This document shows positions 25,201-37,421 of a DNA stretch of 64,000 nt, in pieces. This DNA is from Lama guanicoe (lineage: Eukaryota). The notes beneath the pieces are model-generated. The model did no database searches, was not told the DNA's origin, and worked only from the letters and a program-made list of their open reading frames with translations. The position numbers and the translations under genes are program-made. How positions within the stretch are numbered: position 1 is the first letter of the stretch; every line of letters starts with the position of its first letter. The stretch covers positions 2,919,589 through 2,983,588 of the forward strand of contig MU053994.1 in the NCBI GenBank assembly GCA_013239625.1, in the 5' to 3' direction.

Positions 25201-28200
25201 ATTCAAGTGATCATTTCTAATGCAAAAAAAAAAACATAACTGGAGAGATGAGCACAGCCCTGACGGTAATCATGCTTTTAAGAGAAAGATCAATCTCTTA
25301 TCCTTGTTCCCCCCTTTTCCCTCTTAATTCTCCCCGATTCAAATTTGGAGAGAGAAACTCAACTCATTTTGATGACCAGTAAAGGAAATAATTTGTTGGA
25401 GTTTTGGACTTGGTTGTTGTTGCTTGTCTCTCTCCTTAATCTGTAGTGTTAAGTTCTACAAGAACAAGAGTTGCCTGCTTTGTACTGCCATATATTCCCT
25501 TATTCCTCGAACAATATGTGGCCCGTTGTAAATGCTTAGCATATATCTCTTGAACGACTGAGCTTTGAGTTTTTATTTAGGCATCTTTTATTTTTTGGAT
25601 GAAAAGAGAAAAATTCAGAGAAGGAACTCTTTACATATTCTAGGATCATTTATATGGAGTTATAAGAGTTTCAGGGTGCTGTATAAAAGGAGAGATTCTG
25701 GAATATAGGGAAGGCTTGAGCAGAGATGGAATAATGACGCTGTAGAGAAAGGACCATGCTTTGTCCTGGGGGTTTCTCTGGTACTAAAGCCCTCCACTTG
25801 ACAGCTGCTCTAGAAATTTAGTTCTGCAACATTTAAAATAAATATAAATGGTTGTCACTTACAGAATACTAGGTTACTTAATACTCTAGGTTGCCAACCT
25901 TTATCCAGGTAAAGATGATACTACCATTTTGGAAGATGTTGTTATGCCAAGTTTGAATATGAAAAAATCCTGTGTGTTCTAAAGGCAATCTAATATTGCC
26001 AATTTGGTTACATTTTGTATTGCAGAAAATCCAAGATGCATTCTGGTAAAATCTGAATGAAAAGGAGGGAAAACAGTGACCCTTAGAGTACATTTGTTTT
26101 TCTAAAATAAAACACTAAGCTTTATGTAAAGCTTAAAACTTCATACAGTGAATTTTCACATTGTGATTTGTTGAATTTTAGCATTCCTACAGGAAATGGT
26201 TGTTACTGTGTAAAATTTTAAATGATTTGAATAATTATTGAGTTGCTGGGTTCTGTGTAGGATACTGCTGTTTCGACTAGGTAGAAAGCTTGTTCTAACC
26301 CTGCTAAGAATGCCTCAGTATGTGTGACTTGGAAAATAAGCTCCTTTAGAACCTTGAGGCTACTTCTTGAAATAAGTAAAGCAGTATGATATTCCCATCT
26401 CTTTCTTCCACTAGGATTGAATGAGATTTATTAAGAAAGGTAGCGGTGTTACTATTGGATAACTTAGTTGAAACATATCCTGAGAATTTTTTTCTATTCA
26501 GATTTTTCCAAATTATATCTGAATACATTATTTTCAAAGTCTTAGCTCAAATATTCAATAACCCTGCACAGTACATTATAGGAAAAATAAATTTTTTGAG
26601 AATTACTATGTGTTTGGTATTTGTGAAACGCTTTTACTGAAATAATTTTCATGGCATTTTTGTGGGTAGCATTATCTCAGTTTTAAAGACCTGGAGAAAT
26701 GAGAGTCGTCATTACTGGCCTTTTAAGACAGGCAGTTTGTAAGTGGCAGAGGTAGGATTTTTGAATAAGAGTTATTATTAACAAGAGTTGAATCCAGAAG
26801 TTATTTTTAATTGCTCCATACCTATGTCTTGCTCTTTATCTCTCAACCTAGCACGCTGAGGAAAAGGTATCCAATTCTTATGTAGTGGTAGAGAGATGGC
26901 TGTTAAAAATAGCAAAATAGAATATGCCATGCTGAAACCTGCTGTACCTGCCCAGCAGCACTGGGAATCTAAAAATGTGGAGAACTTAGTCGTAGAGGAA
27001 ACTGAGAAACCAAGAGGCAGAAAGATGAGACTTTATAAGGGATAGGGATGGCAAGCAGCTTTGAGGCTTTGCCAATGGAATTTTCTGCAAGAAGCAGAAG
27101 ATGATTTAGTTTTGTGGTCTGAGAGAAAGGTACTTTGTTTGGGGAGAGGTTACAGACTGCCACCTTCTCCATTTACCCTAAAGTTACTTTGTTTAAAGGA
27201 ATAGTCCCTTTTGTCTGGAGCAAGAAGCAGTTGTTTGACTATCAGTTAATTGTCAGTTAGTAGAGCATTGATGATCTGTGGACCAGACCTTCTCTCCCTT
27301 CTCCCCCCCACGCCCCCGCCACCAAATGTACATATTCACAAAGCTTTGTATGTAATTTTAGGGGATTTAATCTTCAAACCTATCCATAGACCTCAATTAA
27401 GACCCACTGGCTTAAAGCAGTTTTGGTAGCTTAACACGCCACAGCTGTATGATGAGAGAATGGAAGGGGGAAGGGAAGACAGAGGCTTTTTTTTTTTTTT
27501 TTAAGATTTTTGGGGGAAAGGAAAGAGCAGAGGTTGGGGGGGTTGTTTTTTTTTTTTTTTTTTTTTTTAGTAAAAAAGAATACAATTAAAAGATTCAAGT
27601 ATATTTATAGGCTAAGAAGGAGGCACCTGGGAAAAGATTGAGGAAGGTGACTGTTGGAACATCATCCATTGAGGATCATAAGCAATGGGATCATGAGCCC
27701 AGGTTGGGGGACAAAAGGAAGAGACTGGAACAAATTTGTAGTAGAGAAGAGTATTGTTGAATTGGTTAGCTAATATTCTGAGGGGTAAGAAAAAAAAATA
27801 CGCAATTTCACAGCCAACCAAAAATGGCTAAAGAAAATGATAGGTGGGTTTTTCCAGGTTTCTAAAATTGTCTACTTCACATAGAACTTCTTGTAATGTA
27901 GGGTGTGTAAAAATGGAAAACAAAAGTGAAAGAGAGGCTATTCAATCATGTTATCTTTTAATTGTTTTTCCACTTTACATATTAAAGATTTTTCTGTTTT
28001 TAGCTTCACCAGTACCTGATATTATCAGTCTTAAACTTTGTTTATTACACCAATTCGATAAGTGAAACAAAGTCTTGTTAGAACTCCCATCTCTGGGTTA
28101 AGTGATTATATTTAAATTTGAGGCAAACGTGGACTAAGTGGAAGTGTGGTTGCCTTACTTAGAACCAAATACCTATAAATCAGTCAGCTAAAGTTTTCAG

Positions 28201-28288
28201 TCTCACGGCCCATTAGAATTGGTCATAAGGGAGATTTTTTGAAAAGTAATTTATTCAGTCTGGAGAGGAGTTTGGACATCAGTGTTTT

Positions 28289-28430
28289 GTTTATTTAATT
28301 GAAGTATAGTTGGTTTACAATGTTGTGTTAATTTCTGGTGTACAGCATAGTGTTTTAGTTATATATATATTCCTTTTCACATTTTTCATTATGGGCTATT
28401 ACAAGATGTTGAATACATAGTTCTCTGTGC
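28289..28430 (-). mobile_element. Short, young 5'-truncated L1 3' tail inside a MER5 remnant
   Basis: TTGAAGTATAGTTGGTTTACAATGTTGTGTTAATTTCTGGTGTACAGCA; perfect 17-bp TSD TTGGACATCAGTGTTTT at 28272-28288 and 28431-28447. Confidence 0.85.
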
Positions 28431-29230
28431 TTGGACATCAGTGTTTTTAAAACCACCTTGGATGATTTTGCTATGTAGCTAAGGATGAGACTCATTGATC
28501 TAATGAATATAGCCTATAGAATTGTGGCATTCCTCTATACAACTATGCTAGTCAGGTAGCAAAGAAGAATTCCATTGTTAAACAGTTGGGATCTATAGTC
28601 CTATCATAGCTCTGGAAGTGCCTGTGGCCAAAACCTTGCCAAAAGTGGAGTCAAGGTCATTTGGCAAAATAGGTTGTATTGGAGGACTAGTATACAGTTT
28701 GAACCCTCTCCAAAGAAAAATTCCCCCAACGTTTTAAAGTTTCTGTTAAAACCACTTGTAAGCTTGTTTAGAAACCATTTATAATGCCCTAATACCAGTG
28801 ATAAATGTTAGTTGTGCAGTCCTTTCTGAATTGTTTTTAAAAATCAGATTTTATTATTTGGTTTTTCTTGAATATACACATTTTTACAACATATTTAAAG
28901 CATTAGCAAATTGAAGACAGTTTTTAACCACTCCATAATTGAATCAAAAGGCAACTTAATAAATGTATCTTGAGAATGTATTTGGAATCCCAGAAAGAAA
29001 CTGAAGTATTATATCATACTTGTATGTTTTCTTACATTAACAGCTAATGTACCATTATCAGTTTATTAAGTTGAATAGAGTATTAATGAAACATTAGCTT
29101 TTCACTTTGTCCTCGCATTTATATAGCCACCTTCTCCTGACTAGGTTCATTGGTAATATTAAGTTTGAACAGTTCTTTAATTGATGTTTTCATATCTAAA
29201 ACAAATGTACTTTTTTTCTTCTGCTTGTAG

Positions 29231-29388
29231 GTTATGCAATGGTCTCTGCAAGATGGTTTATTCTTGAATTGGAGCTTTTTAAGACTGACAAATGCTGGTA
29301 CTTCATCTTCTATAAGTGGACTATAATTTCTTTTTTCAAGACAACTACATAAGCAGACAAAATTGCAAAGATCTGCCCAGTGTCGAGT
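29231..29388 (+). other. USP9X: USP9X exon 2, 5' UTR part
   Basis: Strong acceptor TACTTTTTTTCTTCTGCTTGTAG ending at 29230, 158 nt upstream of the start ATG. Confidence 0.85.
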
Positions 29389-29484
29389 ATGACAGCCACG
29401 ACTCGTGGCTCTCCAGTAGGAGGGAATGACAGCCAGGGCCAGGCTCCTGATGGACAGTCTCAGCCCCCCCTCCAACAGAATCAG
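29389..29484 (+). CDS. USP9X: USP9X exon 2 coding part (96 nt)
   Basis: ATG at 29389; [32 protein letters not shown]; donor CAG|GTACGA. Confidence 0.97.
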
Positions 29485-29764
29485 GTACGACGTTTAAGAT
29501 ACTAGTTAAAGCTATGTTGGTGTATCTATTATGGGATACTAAATAATGGAGCATGTTCTGAATAATTTGTGAAGTAACCATAAAACTGTTTTGAGGAAAA
29601 TAAACAGTAAGTCTTACACAGTAGCAAGGAACTCAGGTGCTGTATAGATGGTGATGCTTGAGTGTGTAGTTTTTTTTTTCTGGTGCTTTATCCTATCAGT
29701 CATCATTAAAATTAAGTATTTAAGCCCTGTGTCAGTTCTGGGGCAAAGCATTAAATCGTTCGAT

Positions 29765-29985
29765 GTAGCCTACAGTTAAGAATACGGACTTTAGTCATAT
29801 TGCTTGGTTCAGATTTCAGCTCTGCACCACACTAGTTTTATGACTGGGTAAATTACATGACCTCTAAGCCTCAGGTTTTTTCAGCTGCAAAATAAGGATA
29901 ACAATAGTGTAACTACTTCAAAGGATGATTAAGAGGATCAAATGAAGTAATGTTTGCAAAGATCTTAAAATAGATTGTGGTATCA
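29765..29985 (+). mobile_element. MIR SINE
   Basis: CAGCTCTGCAC..ACTAG..TGACTGGGTAAATTAC..ACCTCTAAGCCTCAGGTTTT..CTGCAAAAT core. Other MIR remnants lie near 18490-18720, 18880-19060, 24280-24380, 33065-33270 and 42460-42620. Confidence 0.75.
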
Positions 29986-30009
29986 AGATTTTATGTGGCC
30001 TCAAAACTC

Positions 30010-30575
30010 ATAGGGTAATAGCCCCCCCCTTTTTTTTCCTATTCTCTGGATGAATTTGTGTAAGATTTAAGTTATTCATCATTAATTGTGTAGAAGATTT
30101 TACTGGTGAAAACATCTGGCCTGGGGCTTTATTTGTGGAAAGGTTATAACTACAGATCCAACTTTTTTTTAAATGGGATTTTCAGGTTTTTGTGTGTGTG
30201 TGTGTGTGTGTGTCTTTTTCAAGGAATTTGTCTACTTCATCTAGATTGTCAAATCTGTTGGAGTAAAGTTATTTATAATATCCCTTGTTATTATCTTTTT
30301 AATGTCTTAGGGTCTGTGGTAACATCTCCTTTTTTATTTCTAATACTGCTAATTTGTAGTCTCTCTCTTGATTACGCTTTCCTAAGGATTTATCAGTTTC
30401 ATTAAACCTTTTTCCAAACCAATTTTTGGCTTTAGCCCTTACCACCCCCCACTTCCTACTTTGTATGCTTTTACCCTTATCTCTTGTTCCCTTTACTTCC
30501 TTTGGATTTGAATTGCTGTTCTTTCTCTCATTTCTTGAAATGGAAGTTCAGAAAATTGATTTTCAGCCTTTTTTA
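30010..30575 (-). mobile_element. Old L1M ORF2 fragment containing (TG)n
   Basis: GGTGAAAACATCTGGCCTGGGGCTTT...AGGAATTTGTCTACTTCATCTAGATTGTCAAAT; (TG)n at about 30191-30212. Confidence 0.7.
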
Positions 30576-32668
30576 TATTGAGATATTAAACTGAATAAGA
30601 CAAACATTAAAATGATGTTTAAGATATTAGTTAAAGCTATGTTGCAGCTTAGAGGTGAATTTGTAGCTAAGGTACACGAATGTGAATCACAAACTTGCTG
30701 CTTACATTTGGTTCGTGTTTATGTAGAATTCTGTACGGATAAGTTTATCGGTAAAAATGTTGTTATTGTAGAGTACTTACATTTGTCATTTGGGAAAAAG
30801 TTCTTACTGTCCAGCTATTTATTATAGATTAGATATTCTATTACAAGTATGGTAGGAAAGAGCTGTGTGTGTGTGTGCGTGCGCACACCCTCTTCCTTCC
30901 CCTCCTTTCTTCCTCTCCCTCTGCCATTTTAGAGAAGTGAGCAGGTCAGGTTTAAAATTTTTTTTTCCAATTAAATAATGTCAACTTTACTCCTTTTCCT
31001 CTCCAGTTCCCACTTTTCAGACATGTAATGCTTAAGTATATGGTCAGAAGTCTTGGACAAAGTTGTTAAGTCTCTGCTGTGTCATAAATTTGTTAGCCAG
31101 TATTTATGTTTTTTTAAACATAGTCAAAGGTTTGTGTTGGATGCCAGAGATTTCTATTTTTAAACCAGGAGCTTGTAGTTAGAGTTCCAGTATCTTTTGC
31201 TCTATCTTTTCTATTTTATACCTGCATTGTGTTTGGACTTTTAACTTCTTTTGCAATGTTTGTCACTTGCATGGCTTTAGATAAAAATTAAACCTCTAAC
31301 CATAATTTTATTTTAAGGTGTGCTTCATAACTCGTAGAGCTCTTGGGTTTGTGATATTCCACTTAATATTGTGTCTGCATTATGTCCTCTTCCTTCAAAT
31401 AGCTTTTTACGTTTTTGAGGATGAGTGATAATTAAAACAATAAAGGAACAGAATAAATTACACTCTTAACTATCTGTAGAGATCCCTTCTTTCACTTTGT
31501 TTTTCTCTACTTTTTAATTTTAAGATTTTTAGTTATTTCACAAGATTTGACACTTTTTGGACCAAGAAAAAGCAACCATAGCATTAATCACTAAGGCTTA
31601 CTTTTGTAATATGCTTTTTTCGTATTGGCATAAAGGGAATTTTTAAAATCAGATTTTTCACTTAATATAGAAAATCTTTTAAAAAGGGTGTTCCCAGAGA
31701 GAATTTTAGGCTCTAGTGTATAGTAGAACTCAGTGATAAATGAAGCAACCTTGGCCCAAGCACTGTGGGATGAACACTCGGGTGCCGCTAATGGGAGGAT
31801 GCAGACTTTCTGGAATAGAATTTGGCCATATATATATCAGTATCCCTAAAAGAAATAGTTTATACTGTTGTAGTAATTGTATTTCCAGGATCCTCTCCTA
31901 AGGAAAAATTGAATTTCAACACAAAGATTTATATATAAAAGAGTCAGTATATTTCTGTTTATGTTAACAATAAAAATTGCAAATACCAAATGTTCCTTAA
32001 ATTTGTTTAATTCATTTAATACTATATAAGCATTAAACAACCCTAAAAAAGATTCTTAATAATATAGGGAAATACTCAAATGTTGAATGGAAAAGGATAG
32101 GCTTAAGCAGTTATAATCCCAATTTTATTGAAAATTTATACATATATAATAGGGTTTTTTGTGGGGTAGGCCACATGGAACAAAAATTGTAAGGAAATAA
32201 GAACATGTCATGGGTGTTTACCTGTTTGTGTGGTATTACAGGTGCCTTAATTATTATTTTTGTCTCTGTGATTTCTGAGATCACGTATATAATACAGAAA
32301 TACCGGGGAAATGGGGCTTTTTAACAAATAGTTAAAGCAGACTTCTAAGTTACATACTTGAAATGCAAGTATTTCTGTTGGGCTTCTAACACTTGAATTC
32401 TGTGCTGTGGATTCTTTTGCCTTGAGACTGGCCCTGTAGCACCTGCATAGCATTCGTATTTACTTGGAAATTGGCTTTATGAGTTCATATATAAACTTTG
32501 TAAGTAGAACGTATTAATGGTGGTATACCCACTTGTCTTCAGTATAAGTGTTTTTTAATGCATCTGTCCAATAGGTGCTAAAGTGGTAGGGAAAGGAACC
32601 TTCTTTAAGAGGGCCATGAACCTGCAGTGGGTAGAGAATTCAAGCTTAAAATTTAGATTGGTTTCAGT

Positions 32669-32715
32669 TTGAAAGAGAAAAATTCCATCTGCTTGAAAGA
32701 GAAAAATTCCATCTG
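32669..32715. repeat. Perfect tandem duplication, period 24 bp
   Basis: TTGAAAGAGAAAAATTCCATCTG at 32669-32691 and 32693-32715. Confidence 0.95.
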
Positions 32716-33385
32716 TTTTCAAAATTAAGGGTAAGGGTCATAAAAGTTCATTCACTTAGTTGTGAAAACATTATGCACAGCTAAAGTGGGGGGGGAGAGA
32801 AAGGCATGCTGAAAATGGAAAATGAAAGAGAATAAAATTAGCCATATTAGTTGAAAATGATGTGACTTATTTAGAAACTACAATCATGAAGTTTTAATAA
32901 TTGGATAATAGTTTACTAGGGAGATTATGGAATATAATTTATTTTTCCCTTTCAAATTGAAAAATAAAAGTTGTAAGTCAAATTTTTTAATGTGTGAAAT
33001 GTGCAATAATTTCTGTCATGACAGGGCTCATATAATAGAAAATGTAAGCAGAGAAGCAGTATACACTAGATAAGAACTAGACCCGGATTCAGATCCTTAC
33101 CACAGAGTTGGAGCTGTGTGACCTTAGGCTAATTACTTACTGTCTGAGTTCGTTTTTTAATAGATGAATTAAGTGGCAGAATACTTTCTTAGGTTGTTGA
33201 GGATTAAATAAAATTATTTTAAAGCACAGTAGCACAGAGACTGCCTGAAACATCACAAGCTTACAATGATCATATATTCTTTAAAAATTTGTTATTTCCC
33301 CCTAATCTGTGTTGGTATTTGAATTATTAGATGTTGTACATATGTAATTGAAACCTAAATCTGGAATATCTGATTTTTAATTAAG

Positions 33386-33531
33386 ACTTCATCGCCTGAT
33401 TCTTCCAATGAAAATTCCCCGGCAACTCCCCCAGATGAACAAGGTCAAGGTGATGCTCCACCACAGCTTGAAGATGAGGAGCCTGCATTTCCACATACCG
33501 ACCTGGCAAAGTTGGATGACATGATCAATAG
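33386..33531 (+). CDS. USP9X: USP9X exon 3 (146 nt)
   Basis: [48 protein letters not shown](R); acceptor TAAG, donor TAG|GTGAGT. Confidence 0.97.
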
Positions 33532-34398
33532 GTGAGTTGGTTTTTTGGTTTTTGTTTTTGTGTGTTTTTTATGTGTGTCATACACAGGAAAACCAACAGT
33601 TTTTTTTTTCAGTGTAGTGATTAGTAGTAAGAAAAGAAAGAGTAAATAAGGATGTCACAGTAACCATTCTGCCTCCTTAATAGCCTTAACATCATAATCA
33701 TTGCCATGTACTTTGCAACCCATGGTTATTAATGGATTTAAAAAATCAAAGGGAGTAACAATGTCAAAGTGTTCAAATTAATGATGATGACCCTAGCTGG
33801 TGTGTTTCTAAAGTGGAACTGTATGTGTGGTTTCCATTTTTTCTTACTGGCATGTGGGTTCCTGGATGACTTTAATAATTTTTACATGGCCCTGAGGTAA
33901 ACCAGGTCACAAGGAGATTGAGTTCCTGAGAGTCTGCCCCTTGTGAACCCTTGACTAGTCTGAGGCATTTAACCATCTCAGCTATTTGTCTCTCCTGATC
34001 TTTATCTCAGGCTAGTTCAGAGTATAAATGTTCATACTCGTAGTACAAACATTCATCAACAACCCTGCCGCTGCTTTGATTATATGGAGGAAGACTGAGA
34101 AAGTGAAAGTTTAAGCTTGTGTGCAGAGGAAGGAAAAGATTTAAAGAAGAGAAGGGAAGAGTGTCTTGGGGAACTCCCACATGTCTGTGATCTTCACCAA
34201 GCTGTGGGGTCATCAAGTGAATGCTCGGGAGGTGTGACGTATCCCCCCAACCCCCAATAAGGAAAACACACGCTTATAGGCACTTGCCTTACTAAGTGTA
34301 CTAGAATATTTTGTAACTTGTTTTCCTCACTTTATTGTGAATATTATATTATTAATATATTTAACTCATTGTTTTTAAAGGTATATTTGAAAGAACAC

Positions 34399-34571
34399 TT
34401 TTTTTTCTAAGGGTAATTTAAAAAAAAGTATTTTGTATAATTTTTTGGAGGAGGGAGAGAATTAGGTTGGTTTGTTTGTTTATTTAATGGAGGTACTGGG
34501 GATTGAACCCAGGACCTAGTGCATGCTAAACATGTGCTCTACCACTGAGCATACCAACCCCCACCCTCCCC
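34399..34571 (-). mobile_element. tRNA-derived SINE, camelid Vic-1-like
   Basis: Reverse complement of the same element (GGAGGTACTGGGGATTGAACCCAGGACC...CTCTACCACTGAGC); TSD GAAAGAACAC at 34389-34398 and 34572-34581. Confidence 0.88.
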
Positions 34572-35596
34572 GAAAGAACACATAAAATGTGATTCTGGCA
34601 GGTGCCTGTAGTAATGGTATACAATGAATTATAGTCAAACAGACAGACAAAAGATTGTATGAAGTTGTAATGTCCCTGACCATTCGCTATAGCAGACATA
34701 TCATAGCAGAAAGGGGTACTGTTGTTGCTTTTTGACTTTTGTCTGGTTTTGGTGATTGTTAATAAAGTGTACTTCTTATGTGTCTTCAAGGACAAAGTTG
34801 CATGTTAGCAAATCTGCAGGGGAAGAGAAGCACAAATGATATTTTTTATGTAAATAAAAGCAATGAGAAAGGGTGGTATACATTTGTTTCTAATATAAAT
34901 CATGTGGTCATGGAGCACTTTTATCAAAATGGGGGTATTGGAGAAGTGCATGGATTGGGTGGTAGTGAGGAGGAAGGGGTAGGAAAAGGGTGGGCTCCCA
35001 GATGGTTGAGCTGCTGCCACTGGGACCAGAGAAGGCACTACCTGGGTGTATACTACATCCTTTTTGAGGGAAGAAGGGTGCCTCTGGAGTCATAAAGACT
35101 TGGAGACCTTTGTCTCACTTAACCTTCAGGAATAGTTGATGAATTACGATGAATTGAGGTAGAAATCAGTCATTTTCCACCTAAATGTTTTCTTCTTTGT
35201 GAGAAAGTTGAAGACAACTACGAGGTTCATCATGATGTCTCCTTTAACCTGAATTCTGAAAAGAGCACTTTCCTATGAACTCTAACAATAGGTATCTATT
35301 TAAGTGACATTTGAATATTACAGTAGTTTTATGTTCTGTTATTAAAATACTTTTGTTTTTCCCTTCTCTCATTGCTATATCTTTTGACATTTCCTTTAAA
35401 AATTATTGTTTGTAGAGGCAACAGATGGCGCTTAGTCTCACAAAGCACATATTCTGCCAAATTTGTTATTTAACACTTTAATGTTATTTTAATGTTAATA
35501 TTTAATAGTTTCATGGTGAGGTGAGTAATTATAATTAATAACTCATTTATAGTGCCTCAACCAATAAACATCTTTTTATATTATTAACACTCTTAG

Positions 35597-35676
35597 ACCT
35601 CGATGGGTGGTTCCAGTTTTGCCGAAAGGGGAATTAGAAGTGCTTTTAGAAGCTGCTATTGATCTTAGTAAAAAAG
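35597..35676 (+). CDS. USP9X: USP9X exon 4 (80 nt)
   Basis: [26 protein letters not shown](G); acceptor TTAG, donor AAG|GTAAGT. Confidence 0.97.
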
Positions 35677-37308
35677 GTAAGTTTAAATGGTGTTACACTT
35701 TTCATAATGTATGCGTCTAGATACGATTTCACTTCATCCCTGAGGACTTCTGTATATTCCTAGTCTAGAACTACGCTTTCTTGCTATACTGTATGATTTG
35801 TACCTAGGACAAGGGTTAATATCCTGAGGACAACCTTCAGGGATGTTTGTAAACTCTTTCAAGTTATGCATAAAATTCTTATATATTCTTATTTAGACTG
35901 CCTAGCTTATGTGTTGATTATTTTTAATACACAGAAAAGGTTTGAATTTTTCTAAAAGAAAAAAACTTGAAAGATGAGGTCCTGTGTTTTTTAAAAAATG
36001 AGGCAGTAAGAAGGAATCATGTTTTTACTCTTGTCTAGAAGTCTAGCTTGGCATTGGAATTAATTTTTTCAGTGGCTTTGGTCTTCTTTAGGTGCAGTTG
36101 AACAAATGACAGTAACATTTCAATTTCTGAAATAGGGTAGCCATGGATGTGTTCTATCGGTAGGCATTATCACAATTATAAAAATTACTGTCTTTAGTAC
36201 CTTGCTTAAAAGTCTGTCTCATTCCATGGCAAGGGTAAAATTTCCTTTGTCTTGGAATAATTACCCTCCTTCATTTAAAGAATTTGGCTTTATGCCTTAT
36301 TAATCTTGTAAAAACAATCTAGTGAACTATGAAAATGCATTATCAGATTACAATTAGTTTCCATTACAAATTTATTTCTTTCATTTACACATTCATTAAT
36401 TTAGCAAATTTTTGAAGACTTCTGTCCTAGGTGTGTTTTAGGTCCTGACTATACAATGATAGGTAAAAACACATAGTGGTATTTCCTGTAATATCATTGA
36501 CATTCACTGGACATGCACTTTCTGACCTGCTCCCTTATTTCTCTGGGACTGTGGTTTATTTTAATTTTAGGCAAGGTTCAGATTTTTTTAAAGTACAGCC
36601 CTGGGTTTGAATGTCATCTCTTTTGTACAGTCAGAATCAGATAATGCTTTAAATACAAGTTAAATGGCTTTTCATTTTGTCATCAAGAGTTAAAGATTTT
36701 TTGTGTGTGTTTTGGGGACACGTGGCTCTGTTGCTTTTCTGAAATCAAATGAAATAAAGCGAAGATGTAAAAAGCATAGATTATGAGATTGTAAAAGAGA
36801 CTAATAAAGAATATAATTTGTCTTATTTGATGAAATACTTCTGTAGACTAGTATAAAATTATTTGATGTTAAATAGATAATTTATAACCAAAATGAGATT
36901 TTAAAAATGGTTGTGAAACGTCATTTTATTAAGTTTTAAGGTTTGTTTTCAGAGTAAAATACTGTGAAGAAATTAGATTCCCTATCACGTGATACTAATA
37001 ACTGCTTTGTGTTTAAGGTCCAGTATCATAATTTGAAAAAATTTCAATTCATCTTAATACTACATGCCTTAATGTACTTTTATACAGTTAAGTAATTTTG
37101 AAATTCATTGGAGATGATTTTTGTTTCTGAATCAGTTACCTTTTTGACCTCTTATAGATAATGCTGTGAGTTTTTTTTTCAAAGTTAGTCTGCATTTGTT
37201 AGCTGTTCCTGAATATTTTACAATTGTTACCTTTTATCACATCATTGGACATTGTAAGACAATCAGAGAAATACTTTGTTTACATTAATTCTTCCCCCCT
37301 TTTCTTAG

Positions 37309-37421
37309 GCCTTGATGTTAAAAGTGAAGCATGTCAGCGATTTTTTCGAGATGGGCTAACAATATCATTCACTAAAATCCTTACAGACGAGGCAGTGAGT
37401 GGCTGGAAGTTTGAAATTCAT
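37309..37421 (+). CDS. USP9X: USP9X exon 5 (113 nt)
   Basis: [37 protein letters not shown]; donor CAT|GTGAGT. Confidence 0.97.

Noticed and set aside
34590..34870. 3'-UTR-looking segment with two AATAAA motifs (possible retrocopy)
   Set aside because: No poly(A) tail, TSD or recognisable parent gene; AATAAA is frequent in AT-rich introns.
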